Shown one piece after another: positions 50,293 to 62,648 of a DNA stretch of 64,000 nt (the first letter of the stretch is position 1; the number at the start of each line of letters is the position of its first letter). The DNA is from Sphyrna mokarran (Eukaryota). The position numbers and the translations under genes are program-made. The stretch spans positions 40,424,001-40,488,000 of the forward strand of contig JAGIQG010000016.1 of assembly GCA_024679065.1 (NCBI GenBank), given 5' to 3'. The notes beneath the pieces were generated by a model. That model was given only the letters and a program-made list of their open reading frames with translations. It had not been told where the DNA came from and ran no database searches.

Positions 50293-50749
50293 ATGAATTG
50301 TTGCAAGCTGACAAAACCCCAGAAGAGTGTTGGAGAATCCCCTTGAAATTCCCAGGAAAAGTTTGCATGACAATTGCCCAATTGGGAGGTAGGCATTGCG
50401 GAGGGGGAAGGTGGCGCATGGTGATGTTGCTCAGCATCTGCATGGGTGGAGAATTGGGCTTGGCCTCAAACATCTGATGGACAGTAGCGCCACGCCACCC
50501 TGCATGTCAGTCTTGCCTAGTGGTATGAGGGTATCTGCATTGGTGGATGCTGTACTAAACTAATGTGACAATACATCCTGAGAGGGTGCAGCCTTATCTG
50601 TGGTCCCTAATGGCTCCAATAGCATCTGCCCTTACCACTGGCCTTGGGAGAGAGAAAACAATTTGACAGCATCCCCATGTTTCCCCCTTTGTTCTGCCTG
50701 TACATGTTCATGAGCTGCATGTGATCATAGATCACAGAGACAACACAAG

Positions 50750-51080
50750 AAAACTGGGAACAAAAAAAAGTACAGCACAGGACCAGGAACTTTGGGCCTC
50801 CAAGCTTATACCTACCCTGCTGCCTGACTGAACTACTCTTCCAGGGAGTATTCTCTTTCTTCTCATCCTATTCATGTATTTGTCAAGACGCCCCTTAAAA
50901 GTCACTATCATATCTGCTTCCACGATCTCCCCCAGCATTGAGTTCCAGGCACCTTCTGTGGTTTTAAAAAGAGAACTTGCCTCGTAAATCTCCTTTTAAA
51001 TTGCCCTCACACCTTAAACCAACATTCTTTTCTAATTGACTCTTCCCACCCTGAGAAAAAGCTTCTGATAGTCTACTAGA
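50750..51080 (-). mobile_element. CR1 3' end
   Basis: Peptide EIVEADMIVTFKGRLDKYMNR. Confidence 0.8.
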
Positions 51081-52594
51081 CAATAGAAGACTAAAACTAC
51101 TCCTAACCTCCTTGATAACAATTGTTCAGAACCAGACTGATTGCCACCACACCCTTTACCTCCCAGAAGCATCCGAGTTCCTGCCTACCTCATCCATTGG
51201 AATTCTCCCGACCTCTCTGGAGGAGGACTTCTCTTCTGCAGCACTGGATACCACCCTTTCCTTCCCACAGAGCCTGCTGCACCTCATCCAGAGGCTTTAA
51301 CCACCTTCAATGCAAATTGTTCTAGGGAAATGTGACACCATCCAAATTAAATTTACTGGATGTTATGATTCTCGGCCAGACTGTCTCTCAAGATTTTTGT
51401 TAAAAAGTAGTTTAAAGACCAAGAGGCTTTTTAAGTTGTTAAGATTTGATATTTAAAATATGTTCTCAGTGAATAAAGTCCCAAGGATTCCATGGGTTTT
51501 GAATAAACAGAAATAAACATGACTGTACAAGATCAGGCAGATCAAAGACTCAGGGTAAGTATTGCTTTTGCATTAACAAACCAACTTTGGTAAGATGCAA
51601 TCAAGATGATTCACGGATTTCTCAACAACCGACCCTTATATCAATAGTACTGCATTAACACATCTTGCTGAAGCTCTAATGAGGAATTCCACTCTTCAGC
51701 TTTTGAAGATTTAACTTGGGAATTCTTCAAGGTCACTCCAATTCAAGCAATCCACTTCACAGGGTTTAAATCTCATCACCTGAGACTTTCTGGCCATGCT
51801 CACCACAAGGACAGAAAATCCTACCCAAGGTCAACAGACCTTTGCACAGTTCTGTCCTGCCTGCTACCATTCCTGTGGATCCCGCCTTCTGTTCTAGATT
51901 TGTGTATGCAGTCAAATGTCAACTTATAAGCACAACTTTATCTCTGCAATGGCAGTAAGCAATACACAAATGTTCCAAAAGGGTACCTTTGCCTTCAATG
52001 GTTTGCAGCTGTGAAACTGTCTGCTGTAGAAGAAAAGTGAAAAATAAATAAGAACAGTAGCTGATGTGAGAACAGATTTATAGCCATCATAAAAGAAGCT
52101 AGCAATCTACTATATCTATATAAATAATGGAGGGATCTTGAAAGGTGTAGGGCTAATTAGAACTAAAAAGATGACTTGCGCATTAAGGTAGCGGGCACAA
52201 CTGAAGCATTCTTCTCTTACCTATGCAGAAGATATTGCCCAATTTGTAGTGAAGCAGATGTAATTGAGACAGGGATGAGTCTAAAAGTTGCTGAGATTGT
52301 TGGGTTGGCTGTTGACAAGCTACCCAGGACTGAATGGGCTATATCTGAGGATACTAAGAGAAATAAAGGTAATAAAGAAATAAATGATGCCATTATGGAG
52401 GCATCAAACTTAATCTTCTAATCACTTTCAGTTAGGGATGGCACTAGAGGACTGGGGATTAGCAAATGGCACAGCCATGTTTGAAAAAAAGGTGCAAGGA
52501 TAACCTCTAGTGGGGCAAGCTTTTTAAAAATTATAATCCAGAACAAAATTTACAAGTTACTTGGACAAATCTGAATTAATTAAAAATAATAAAT

Positions 52595-54390
52595 CTCTCA
52601 ACACCAGCTTAAAGTCCAAAAGGTTTATTTGGTAGCACAAGTTTTTGGAATACTGCCCTTTCATCAGTTAAGTGGGAGTTCTGTTCACAAACAGGTCATA
52701 TAAAGACACACACTCAATTTACAAAATAATAATTGGAATGAGTCTTTACAGGTAATCTTGTCTTTACAGGTACAGCCAATGAGTGGAGAAAGGGTTAAGC
52801 ACAGGTTCAAGGTATTATCTCCAGCCAGGACAGTAAGTGAGATTTTGCAGGCCCAGGCAAGTTCGTGGGGATTACAGATAGTATGACATGAACCCAAGAC
52901 TCTGGTTGAGGCTGTCCTCATGTGGAACTTGGTTATCAGTCTCTGCTCAGCAACGCTGCACTGTTGTGTGTCGTGAAGGCTGCCTTGGAGAATGCTTACC
53001 CGAAGATCAGAAGTCACGGGCATCTGGCCTCTGAAGTGTTCCCCAACAGGAAAAGAACAGTCTTGCCTACTGATTGTCGAGTAGTGTTCCTTCATCAGTT
53101 GTCTGCATGGTCTCCCCAGTGTACCAAGCCTTGGGACATACTTTCCTGCAGTGTATCAGGCAGATAACACTGGCTGAGTCCCAAATATATGTATGTGTAC
53201 CCTATGGTGGATGGTGTTTATATGTAAGATGATGGCATTAGTGTTGACGATCCGGCATGTCTTGCAGAGGTTAATTTGGCAGGGTTATGTTGTATCATGG
53301 TCACTGTTCTCCTGCAGGTTGGGCAGTTTGCTGTAGACAGCCATCTGTTTGAGGTCGTGCAGATGTTTGAAGGCAAGATGTGGGGATGGCCTTGGTGAGA
53401 TGTTTGTCTTCATTGATTACACGTTAAAGGCCCTGGAGAAGATATTGTAGCTTCTCTGCTTTAGGAAAGTACTGGACGACAAAGGGTACTCTGTCCACTG
53501 TGTCCTGTGTTTGTCTTCTGAGGAGGTCAATGTGTTTTCTTGCTGTGGCATGTAGGAACTATTGATCAATGAGTCAAATGCCATATTCTATTCTGAGGGC
53601 ATCTTTCAGTGCCTATTGCGATCCTCCTCATCTGAGCAGATCCTGTGCATATGGAGGGCTTGTTCCCAGGGGATGGCTTCTTTAACATGCTTCAGGTGGA
53701 AGTTGGAGAACTGGACCATCATGAAGTTATCCGTGGGCTTGCAATACAGTGTAGTGCTGAGGTGACCATCCTTGATGGAGCTGCGTGTATCCAAGAATGC
53801 AATTGATTCCAGAGAGTAGTCCGTGGTGAGTCTGATAGTGGGATGGAAGTTGTTGATGTCATCACATAGTTGTTTCAGTGTTCACCATGAGTCCAAAGGA
53901 AGAAAATGTAGCTACTGTGTAGCATTGGTTGAAGATCCTGTGTGGTGAAGAGGTCTTGTTCGAATCTGTGCATGAAGATGTTGGCATATTGAGGTATGAA
54001 TTTGATCCCCATGGCTGTTCCATGTGTCTGGATGAAAAAATTGGTTTTTGAAGGTGAAGACACTGTGGTCCAGGATGAAATGGATAAGTTGTATAATTGC
54101 ATCTGGAGATTGGCAATTGTCGGCGTTGAGTATTGAGGCAGTGGCAGCAATACCATCATTGTGGGGGATGCTCATCGAGTGCCATTGTGATGATGAGTGC
54201 TCCTGGTTCAACTGCTCCATGTATGCTGAGCTTCTGTAGGAAGTCCGTAGTGTCGCGACAAAAGCTGGGCTTTCGGCAGCACACAAAGCATAGGGCTTGT
54301 GCTGTCAAATAAACCTATTGGATTTTAACCTGGAGTTTGTAAGATTTCTTACTGTGCTTACCCCAGTCTAACATTGGCATCTTCACATCT
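52595..54390 (-). mobile_element. Penelope-like element (RT plus GIY-YIG, frameshifted) with inverted terminal segment
   Basis: Peptides QTHGTAMGIKFIPQYANIFM, LSTTLYCKPTD, ALHMHRICSDEE and FPVGEHF; 54295-54345 is an inverted copy of 52598-52642. Confidence 0.9.
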
Positions 54391-54749
54391 TAATTAAGAA
54401 TAGCCAGCATGGATTTGCAAAGGGTGCATTGTGTTTCATTTGATTAAGCTTTCCATGAACCAACACAGGGTTGTTGAGGGTAATGTAATGATGCAGTTTA
54501 CTGTGAGGGCCAAAAGGTGTCTGATAAGTACCACTTAATAGAATTGGCAGCAAGTTGGAAGTCCATAAAATAAAAAAGGACTGTAGTAACATGAAGCTGA
54601 AAAAGATTGAATAATAGGTGAGCGTCTTTTTTTTTCAGACTGGACATGTTATACAGTGAGGCTTGTGTTGCTACCACCAATATTGAGATGCAGGATACAA
54701 TTTCAAAATTTGAAAGTAACACAGAATCTGAAAGTATTTTGACCTATAA

Positions 54750-56330
54750 CGGTAATAGAGAAGACCCTGGAAATCATAGGCCGGTGCGTTTGACGTCAGT
54801 GGTAGGGAAGCTGTTGGAGGGGTTTCTTAGGATGTATAGGCACTTAGAGCATTGTGATCTGATTAAGGATACGCAGTGTGGCTTTGTTGAAGGGAGATTG
54901 TGCCTTACGAATCTGGTAGAATTTTTTGAGATGACGAAAACGGTTGAAGGGCGCGCCGTTGATGTTGTCTGTGGATTTCAGTAAGGCGTTTGACAAAGTC
55001 CCTCATGGGAGGTTAATTGAAAAGGTCAAGGCTAATGGAATACAAGGACAGGTAGCTAGATGGATAAGTAACTGGCTTGGTAATAGGAGACAGAGTAATA
55101 GTGGAAGGATGTTTTTCTAGCTGGAGGTCGGTCACTAGTGGTGTGCCGCAGGGCTTGGTACTGGGACCTCTTCTATTTGTAATATATATAAATGACTTGG
55201 AAGAGGGACTAAGTGGAGTGATCAGCAAGTTTGCAGACGATACAAAGATGGCTGGACTTGTGGATAGTGAGGAGCATTGTCAGATGATACAGCAGAGCAT
55301 AGGCTGGTTGCATGGGCAGAGAGATGGCAGATGGAATTCAATCCTGATGAATGTGAGGTGATGCATTTCGAGAGAAAGAACATAGTGGGGAGGTATATGA
55401 TAAAGGGTAGACCTTTTAAGAGTATAGAAACGCAGAGGGACCTGGAGGTGCAGCTGCACCAGTCTCTGAAGGTGGCAGAGCAGGTGGAGAAGGTTGTGAA
55501 GAAAGCATATGGTATACTAGCCTTTATAGGAAGGGATATAGAGTACAAGAGCTGGCCTTTTAATGTTGCAGTTGTGTAAAATGTTGGTTAGACCTCATTT
55601 GGAATACTGTGTCCAGTTCTGGTCGCCTTACTAGTGGAAGGATGTGGAGACTCTGGAGAGAGTGCAGAGGAGGTTTACCAGGATGCTGCCTGGTATGGAA
55701 GGTCTGAGTTACAAGGAGAGGTTAGGCAAATTGGGACTGGAGTTATTTGAGATACTTAGATGGGCACATGAACAGAATGGGAATGGAGGGATATAGAAAA
55801 CTGATTTAAAATAGGAATCATGAGCCTTGGGAGTTCCCTGGGAAGTGTGTAAATTGTCGATGATATTGATGTATTTGTTTTATCCTACAGGTACTTCGGT
55901 CTGCCTTGCCTATCAAGGGGCATACACGCAATGGGTCGTGAGAGGACTGCTCTTGGATTTTTCGAGAGTAGCCTAATGCATCATGTTGTTAGTGTACGCT
56001 TGACCTGGACCATTTGATGGGCAACACGACAGCACAGTGACTATCGCTGTGCTGTGCAGATACATGGATTTAGACCTGTGTCTGTGGGAGTTTGCGCATT
56101 CTCCCCGTGTTTGCATGGGTTTTCTCCGGGTGCTCCAGTTTCCTCCCACATCCCAAAGATGTGCTCTTAGGCTAATTGGCAGAACAAATTCTCCCTAAAT
56201 TGTCTCAAATTTGGTTCTAATGCATAGATGTATAAATGTAAAAGGGATCACGGATAGAAGTGGGTACATCAAGGTGGCAACACGGGCTCATTGGGCTGAA
56301 GGGCCTGTTTCCTGTGCTGTTTTCTTTTTT
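54750..56330 (+). mobile_element. Relatively young CR1 with composite 3'UTR (copy 2); candidate TSD CTATAA
   Basis: Peptides PGNHRPVRLTSVVGKLLE and SGVPQGLVLGPLLFVIYINDL...SKFADDTK; CTATAA at 54744-54749 and 56331-56336; ORF2 stop at 55807-55809. Confidence 0.9.
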
Positions 56331-56599
56331 CTATAATAAGGGTGTAGATTTAGAAAGCACGTGAGCTGGTATAATGGGTGGACATGTTGTAGGTGAAAAT
56401 GCAGAGATGTATGAAGTGATCCTTTTTGGTCTGACAAATGAGGAAGAACAATGAGACTCAATATAACATGAAGGATATAATTTTAAAAGGATTAGAGGAA
56501 TGTAGGCCAAAAGTGGACAATTGGGGCTAGCTGAGAGGGCATCACGATTGGCATGGACTGCTTGGGCTCAAGGGCCTGTTTTCGTGCTGTTTTGTTCTG

Positions 56600-57116
56600 A
56601 GTGCAGGAACAAAGAGGAGCGAGGGATGGGGGTGGGGTGTCCCTCTGCCACTGCATTGGGATGGAGGGAGGGCAATGATTTGGAGGGGGTGGGGTTGGAG
56701 TTGGTCAGGGGACGGACTTGCCAGGGTTTGGGTGGGGGGGGGGGTGGTGTGGGGAGAAGCCTGAGCATCAGGACTCTGCAGGGGGTGGGGTGGAGATGGA
56801 GAGAAGGATTCAGTGCTCCTTTGTGAGGGCTATGATTGGGCTGTGAGAGGGGCTGAAGGGATGCCATTAGAGTTCCCAGGTTTGCTAGCCAATGGGAGTT
56901 TCACAGTTTGGGGCTATTGCACATGCGCAGAGCTCCAGAACTGTCAAACTCTGGCATAAATAGGCCCCGTCCTCCTTGGGTTTTTAATGAGATACCCAAC
57001 CGGGCCCTCTGCATTGCACAGGGTACAGAGATTCAGGTGAGAAGCTGAACTGTCAGAACCGTTGTGATCTAGAACAGTTTTCCTGCTAATTCAGCACTTT
57101 TGGGAGAATCGTCCCC
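56600..57116. mobile_element. GC-rich non-autonomous DNA-transposon-like fragment
   Basis: G-rich body ending GGGAGAATCGTCCCC, resembling termini I recall from shark MITEs; partner terminus not found. Confidence 0.4.
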
Positions 57117-57726
57117 TTTATATCTAATTCTGGGCACAGCACTTGAAGGGAAAGTTGAAGCATCGGATAAGGCGCAGCAGAAGTGCGTGGTTCCAGGGAT
57201 ATACAGCGTTACTTAAATAGCTGCGGCTGCTCATAATGCAGAGGAAAGTAACAGAAGATTTGATTGACATATTGGAAGTCACGAGGGGTCTAGACAAAGT
57301 AGATAAGGAGAAACTGTTCCCATAGTGGAAGAGTCAAGAACCAAAGGACACAAGTTAACTTGATTGACAAATTTCCTCATGTCGTCTCTCTAGGTTGTTT
57401 TTTTTATGCAGTGAGAGGTTATGTGTTGGGATGCGTTGTCTGAGAATTTGGTTACGGCAGATTCAGTCATGACTTTCAGAAAGGGAATTGGATAATTATC
57501 TTAAGAGGAAAAAATTGGAGGATTGGTTGAGAGGATGTAGCTATGTTGTTTGTACTTTGAAGCGGCGTGGACATTGACCGAATGGCTAGCATTTATTGCC
57601 CATCCCTAACTGTCCTTGAGAAGGTGGTGGTGAGTTGCCTTCTTGAAGTGCTGCAGTCCATATGTTGCGTTAGGGAGGGAATTCCAGGATTTTGACCCAG
57701 CTATGGGGATGTAATTGTTCTATGAT

Positions 57727-59238
57727 TGTAATGGTTACCCAGCCCAAGTTCAAACGTTTAAGCTATTTTCAGTGTCAAGTCTCATGAGCAATGCAAGGAT
57801 GCACCCAGTGAAGGAACAAGATGAGTCTGATAGCAACTTCCGATATTTTGTTTAGTTGTATGTGTTGAGATACCAAAGACCACTCTGATTTACACTGTTA
57901 CAGTAAGCATTGTTTATCTCATTATTTGAATCAAAATCTTTTAAAATTACGCTTTACAAGCTGATGTTGTTTAGAGCTGTATATTTCTGACAGTTTTTGT
58001 GCATTTAAAATTGTGATGGGGACAGGGTGCAGGGTTAATTGAAATGGGGGGAATTGCTTAAACAATCTAGAGCTAGATTGTTTAAACAATTAAAGCTTAA
58101 AGGTGTTTGTGTATTTGTAATGAGAGATTTCTGGTGGATTTGTTATGGGTTGGATCTGAAATTTGCATTGTGAAAATCATCATAGAATCATAAAACCCTA
58201 CAGTGCAGAAAGGAGGCCCTTTTGGCCAATCGAGTCTGCACTGACCATAATCCCACCAAGGTTCTACTCCCATATCCCTACAAGTTTACTCGCCAATCAC
58301 ATTAACCTATGCATCCCAGGACACTAAGGGACAATTTTCTAGCATAGCTAGTCAACCTACCCCGCACATCTTTGGACTGTGGGAGGAAACTGGAGCATCC
58401 GGAGGAAACCCACGCAGACATGAGGAGAATATGCAAACTCCACACAGACAATGACCCAAGCCGGGGATCGATCCCAGGTCCCTGGAGCTGTGAAGCAGTA
58501 GAGGTAACCGTGAGATGACCGGGGAAGTTTTTTTTTCAGCTGTTGAATCTCATTTCAAAAATGAGACAAACAAGGATGTTTGAGTTTGTAAACAGGGAAA
58601 AGTATATTAAAGCACAAGCAAATCGAAAACATGAAAACACTTTTTATATTTGGAAAAGCTGAATTCACAGGCATTTAAACTCAATGAAATTAGTAACAGA
58701 TATTTAAAGGGACGTTTAACTGTGAGTAACATTGCTGTGGGGAGAGCGCGAGAAACTGCATAAGTTTTGAATTGGAGGTATCCACCACATGTTAAGCCAG
58801 AAGAATCTTTAGAATCATTGATTTGTTTTAGGAAACAACTTTTTCTTAGGCCCCTTTTGAAATTCCATATCAGAAATCATGACGTGTATCTTTTATTGAA
58901 GTTACACAATTTCTTGGCTTTGGTAATATTTACCAGATTTTTATGATTAAAATCTGTAAGGAATTGTTGCCAAAAATGATAGCTTAATTGTGTACTTTTG
59001 ACCAACCACATTTCGGGGGTTATTCAATAAGATTGTTTTAACTATAACGTTTATCTTGTGTGCTTTGGATTTTTATTTTTTAAATAAACTTAATTTTTTT
59101 TAAATTCTAAAAGGTATTACTGGACATCAGTGGCTCTTCCTCCTTGGTTTCACAACAGGGAAAAAAAGTTCATGATTGGTGAGACTGATTTCACTGAGGT
59201 CTAGGCGTTCAACAATAACAAAATATGTAGTTGTAACA
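57727..59238 (+). mobile_element. Possible solo LTR (Gypsy-like), with a SINE inside
   Basis: TGTAA...TAACA ends, AATAAA at about 59083; no clean TSD. Confidence 0.35.
58177..58510 (-). mobile_element. HE1-like V-SINE, tail class A, well preserved
   Basis: CATAGAATCATA tail, TTTGGACTGTGGGAGGAAAC core, B box. Confidence 0.9.
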
Positions 59239-59577
59239 GATTATTTTTAAAACAACTGAAGAGGAGGATCAGAATTCCTTATGGCATGCCAATAATTCAA
59301 AAAATAAATAGCAAAATTTTATTGCTTTTGGACTTTGGTAGTTAGCAAGCAGTTGATAAAATATCAGTTGAGCTTAAACCCAAATAAATAATGTTTTTAT
59401 TTTCTAAGTTAATTGTATGGCAATCATACTGCTTGTAAGTTTAGTAAAATACAATGGCTGATGCACCCATTTATGGAAATGTTTAATCATCAGAATCATA
59501 ATAGAGTCATAGAAGTTTACAGCATGGAAACAGGCCCTTTGGCCCAACTTGTTCTTGCTGTCTTTTTTATAGTGTAG

Positions 59578-59830
59578 AGATGCTGGCGTTGAACTTGGGT
59601 AAACACAGTAAGAAATCTGACAATACCAGGTTTAAATCCAACCGATTTATTTGATAGTAAATTCACAAGCTTTCGACCCTCTGGTCTTTGTCAGGTGAAT
59701 AAGGTGTTCTGGTCTCAAACAGCACATATAACAGCACAGACTGCTAACGGATTACTGATTAGAATGCGAATCTTTACATCTAACCTGCTATTCAAGTCTT
59801 AAAGTGGCTAACAATGTGTGTAGAAGGAGC
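59578..59830 (-). mobile_element. Penelope terminal fragment containing a hammerhead motif
   Basis: Similar to 52595-52790 and the inverse of 54295-54390. Confidence 0.75.
59661..59700 (-). ncRNA. Minimal type I hammerhead ribozyme motif, probably inactivated
   Basis: Minus strand ATTCAC-CTGACAA-A-GACC-AGAG-GGTC-GAAA-GC-TT-GTGAAT: perfect stems I and II, core with one substitution. Confidence 0.65.
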
Positions 59831-60959
59831 ACTGTGAGGCAGTATTGCACTGGACTGTGGGAGTTATCTAAAAATATGGTTTAAATTGCTAACTTCAGAT
59901 AGTTTGGCCTTGGTTACACTTATAGTTACTCCAAAAAAGTTTGAAGAATTTAAACCCGTTGTAATTTCTGCGTAAGTACTCCTCTGGGACAAATGTGAGG
60001 TAATGCATTTTGGAAGGTCTAATACAGATAGGAAGCATACAGTAAGCAGCAGAACCCTTAAGAGTATTGATAGACAAGGGATCTGGGCAAATGAGCACAC
60101 TGAGTGTACAGTTTTGGCTAAAAGACAAAGATTAAATGCACCAAAATTTGAAATCCAGCAGATTGGAAGATATACAAAAAGAATCAAAGGGTTGCAAAAA
60201 AAAAGTAGAGATGTAAAAATGAATGTGGAAAACAAAAGGATATCAAAGCCTTAAAAAAATTTAGTATATTGAAAGTGATAAAGGAGAATGTGGACCCATG
60301 AAAGAAGGCTGCAGGGAAGGTGAGAATGACTTTTAAGAAAATAGATTTTTAAACTGAATACTTTGTGTAAAAGAAGACTATCAGCACCGCTAAGGAAACT
60401 AAGTCAAAAATAAATTGTTAGCAAATGTACTAAAATTTTAATAAAATGGGGAATGTAACAATTTAAGTGAACAAATGTTCAGGATAATATTCTTTACCTC
60501 CAGTATTAAATATGAAATGAGATTTAAAATCATTAATCATATTACAAAGTTCTTCAAGTTTGGAAATTGTGCCATTGGACATTGAATATGCCACTCGACT
60601 ATTTTAAGAATGGAGGGAAGAGAAAATAGCTAACAGCTCTGTTTAACATCCACTGTGGGCAATGTATTGGAGTCAAAGGTGGTCAGCATGGATTTATGAT
60701 GGGCAGGTCTTGTTTGACTAAATGAAGAAAGTCTTGTGACCTGTTGGCAAGTCTGCCTGACAACAAACTTGAATGGTTTGATTGTTAAATTAAAGGGAGC
60801 TTCCATTATTTTACTGTGCAAAAGGTACAAGGTGTTTATATTTGGAGACAATGGCAACAGTTTGTGTGTTACCACTAAATAGACTGAAAGTCCACAGTAT
60901 CCCAGAAGAGTACTGAGAACGTCGGGTTATAAGCGTTGTGCTTAAAACTGCCCATTTAC

Positions 60960-62070
60960 ATAGAAACTGGGAGCAGGAGTAGGCCATTTGGCCTTTCAAG
61001 CTTGCTCCACCGTTGAGGATCAGCCATGACCATATTCAGTCTCAATGCCATATTCCTGCTTTCCCCTATACTGCTTGATGCCATTAAAATCTAAAACATT
61101 ATCTATGTCTTTCTCGAATATATTCAGTGACTTGCCCTCCACAGTCTTCTGGAATAGAGGATTCGACAAGTTCATAACCCTTTGAGAGAAAAAAAATTCC
61201 TCATCTCAGTCCTAAACAGTTTATCCCATATCCTGAGACACGGTCCCCAGTTCTAGATAAAACATCCTTCCTGCATCTAATCTGTCCAGCCCTGTTAGAA
61301 TTTTATATGTTTCAATCGAATCTCCTCTCATTTTTCTAAGCTATAGTGAATACAGGCCCAGATGAACCAATCTCTCCTTGTAGCATAGCTTCTCAAATGC
61401 TAGTGTCAGCCTAGTGAACCTTGTTGTGGGAAATTCACCACTTTGGAGTCAGACTTGGAGATTCAACTAAACAGTTTTATTTGGACAAAGCTTTGGGAGA
61501 AGCATCGGTACTCTGCAGGGCTGGCAGCCACCTTCTCAATTACACAATGGCAGTTGATAACCTTCCTACTTTTTAAATAATAGGTAGGATGGACATTAGG
61601 CATTAGCATATCATTACAAGTTGAATAGATAGATATGGACATCGACAATTAACACATTGTTATAACCAGACAGGTATGGACATTTGATAGATAACATAAT
61701 TGTACATAGAGTAGATACGTTTATGCATGATAACAAAAAATGACTGGTTTTGTTATATACGTTTATGTCGCATCTGTAGCTGATCTTGTTATCAAACTCA
61801 TTGTTCTGTGTCTGCTCTTATGTCAAGTTTTAAGGTGCCTCAAGGTATTACCAGTTTCCTGCAGCGATTTGAAACACCACAGGGTTTTAACTCTTTTTGT
61901 ATAAATGTCTGTGCCCAAAGTCAGTGTCTCTTAATGTCCTTTCCCAGAGTCTGTTTTTTGTGCCAGGTAACTATTTTGCGCTAATCGCTTCGATTTCACC
62001 CTAACAATCTCCACTGCACTCGCTCCATGGCAAGCATATCCTCAAGTAGGGAAACCTAAACTGTAATATC
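60960..62070 (-). mobile_element. CR1 3' portion split by an LTR
   Basis: GGAGCAGGAGTAGGCCATT tail; the CR1 reading GTGAACCT...CTGCACTC resumes after the insertion. Confidence 0.8.
61422..62006 (-). mobile_element. Solo LTR (585 bp), ERV- or Gypsy-like
   Basis: TG...CA ends with imperfect inverted termini TGTTGTGGG/CCCTAACA, 4-bp flanks ACCT/ATCT, minus-strand AATAAA at 61476-61481, clean interruption of a CR1. Confidence 0.7.
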
Positions 62071-62129
62071 TTCTCAATGTTGAGAGATTTGGTACTGTGA
62101 GTAAACAAAGGGATTTAAATGTCTTTACG

Positions 62130-62380
62130 AACATACTAGGAATACGAGTAGACAATTTAGTCTTTCCATCCTATTCTGCCATTTGATAAGATCATTGGTG
62201 ATCTTATTATAGCCTCCATTCACTTTCATGCCTACCCGCTATACCCTCAATCTTAGTCTTAAAAATATTCAATGAACCTGCCTTCCCTGCTCTCTGGCAA
62301 CAGAATTCCACAGATAAACAATGCTTGGAGAAACGTTTCCTCATCCCTGTCTTAAATGGGAGGCGTGTTATTTTGAACAC
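62130..62380 (-). mobile_element. CR1 3' end
   Basis: GAACATACTAGGAAT...CTGCCATTTGATAAGATCAT...AGAATTCCACAG. Confidence 0.7.
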
Positions 62381-62648
62381 TGCATGTGGTCACACGTAAT
62401 ATATTGGTGATACTATTAAAAACAATTGCTGATAGTTATCTTGTGTATACACCAGGTGGAATAGGTTTGAGAGACTAAATGAATTCACTCCTGTTGATGT
62501 ATATGAACCCTCTAAATAAACTATTGTATGACCAGAAATGATCACTTAGCATAATCATTGAAAATGAATAATAATTATTCTCAAGCTTTGCATTAATTCT
62601 GTGGTGCAGTATTTAGGCTGCAAAGTAATACGCATACTAAGATGCAAT

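Larger units (their letters stand above)
52020..57560 (+). mobile_element. Old CR1 scaffold broken by nested insertions
   Basis: Collinear degenerate RT segments at about 52020-52590, 54390-54749, 56331-56500 and 57120-57560. Confidence 0.6.
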
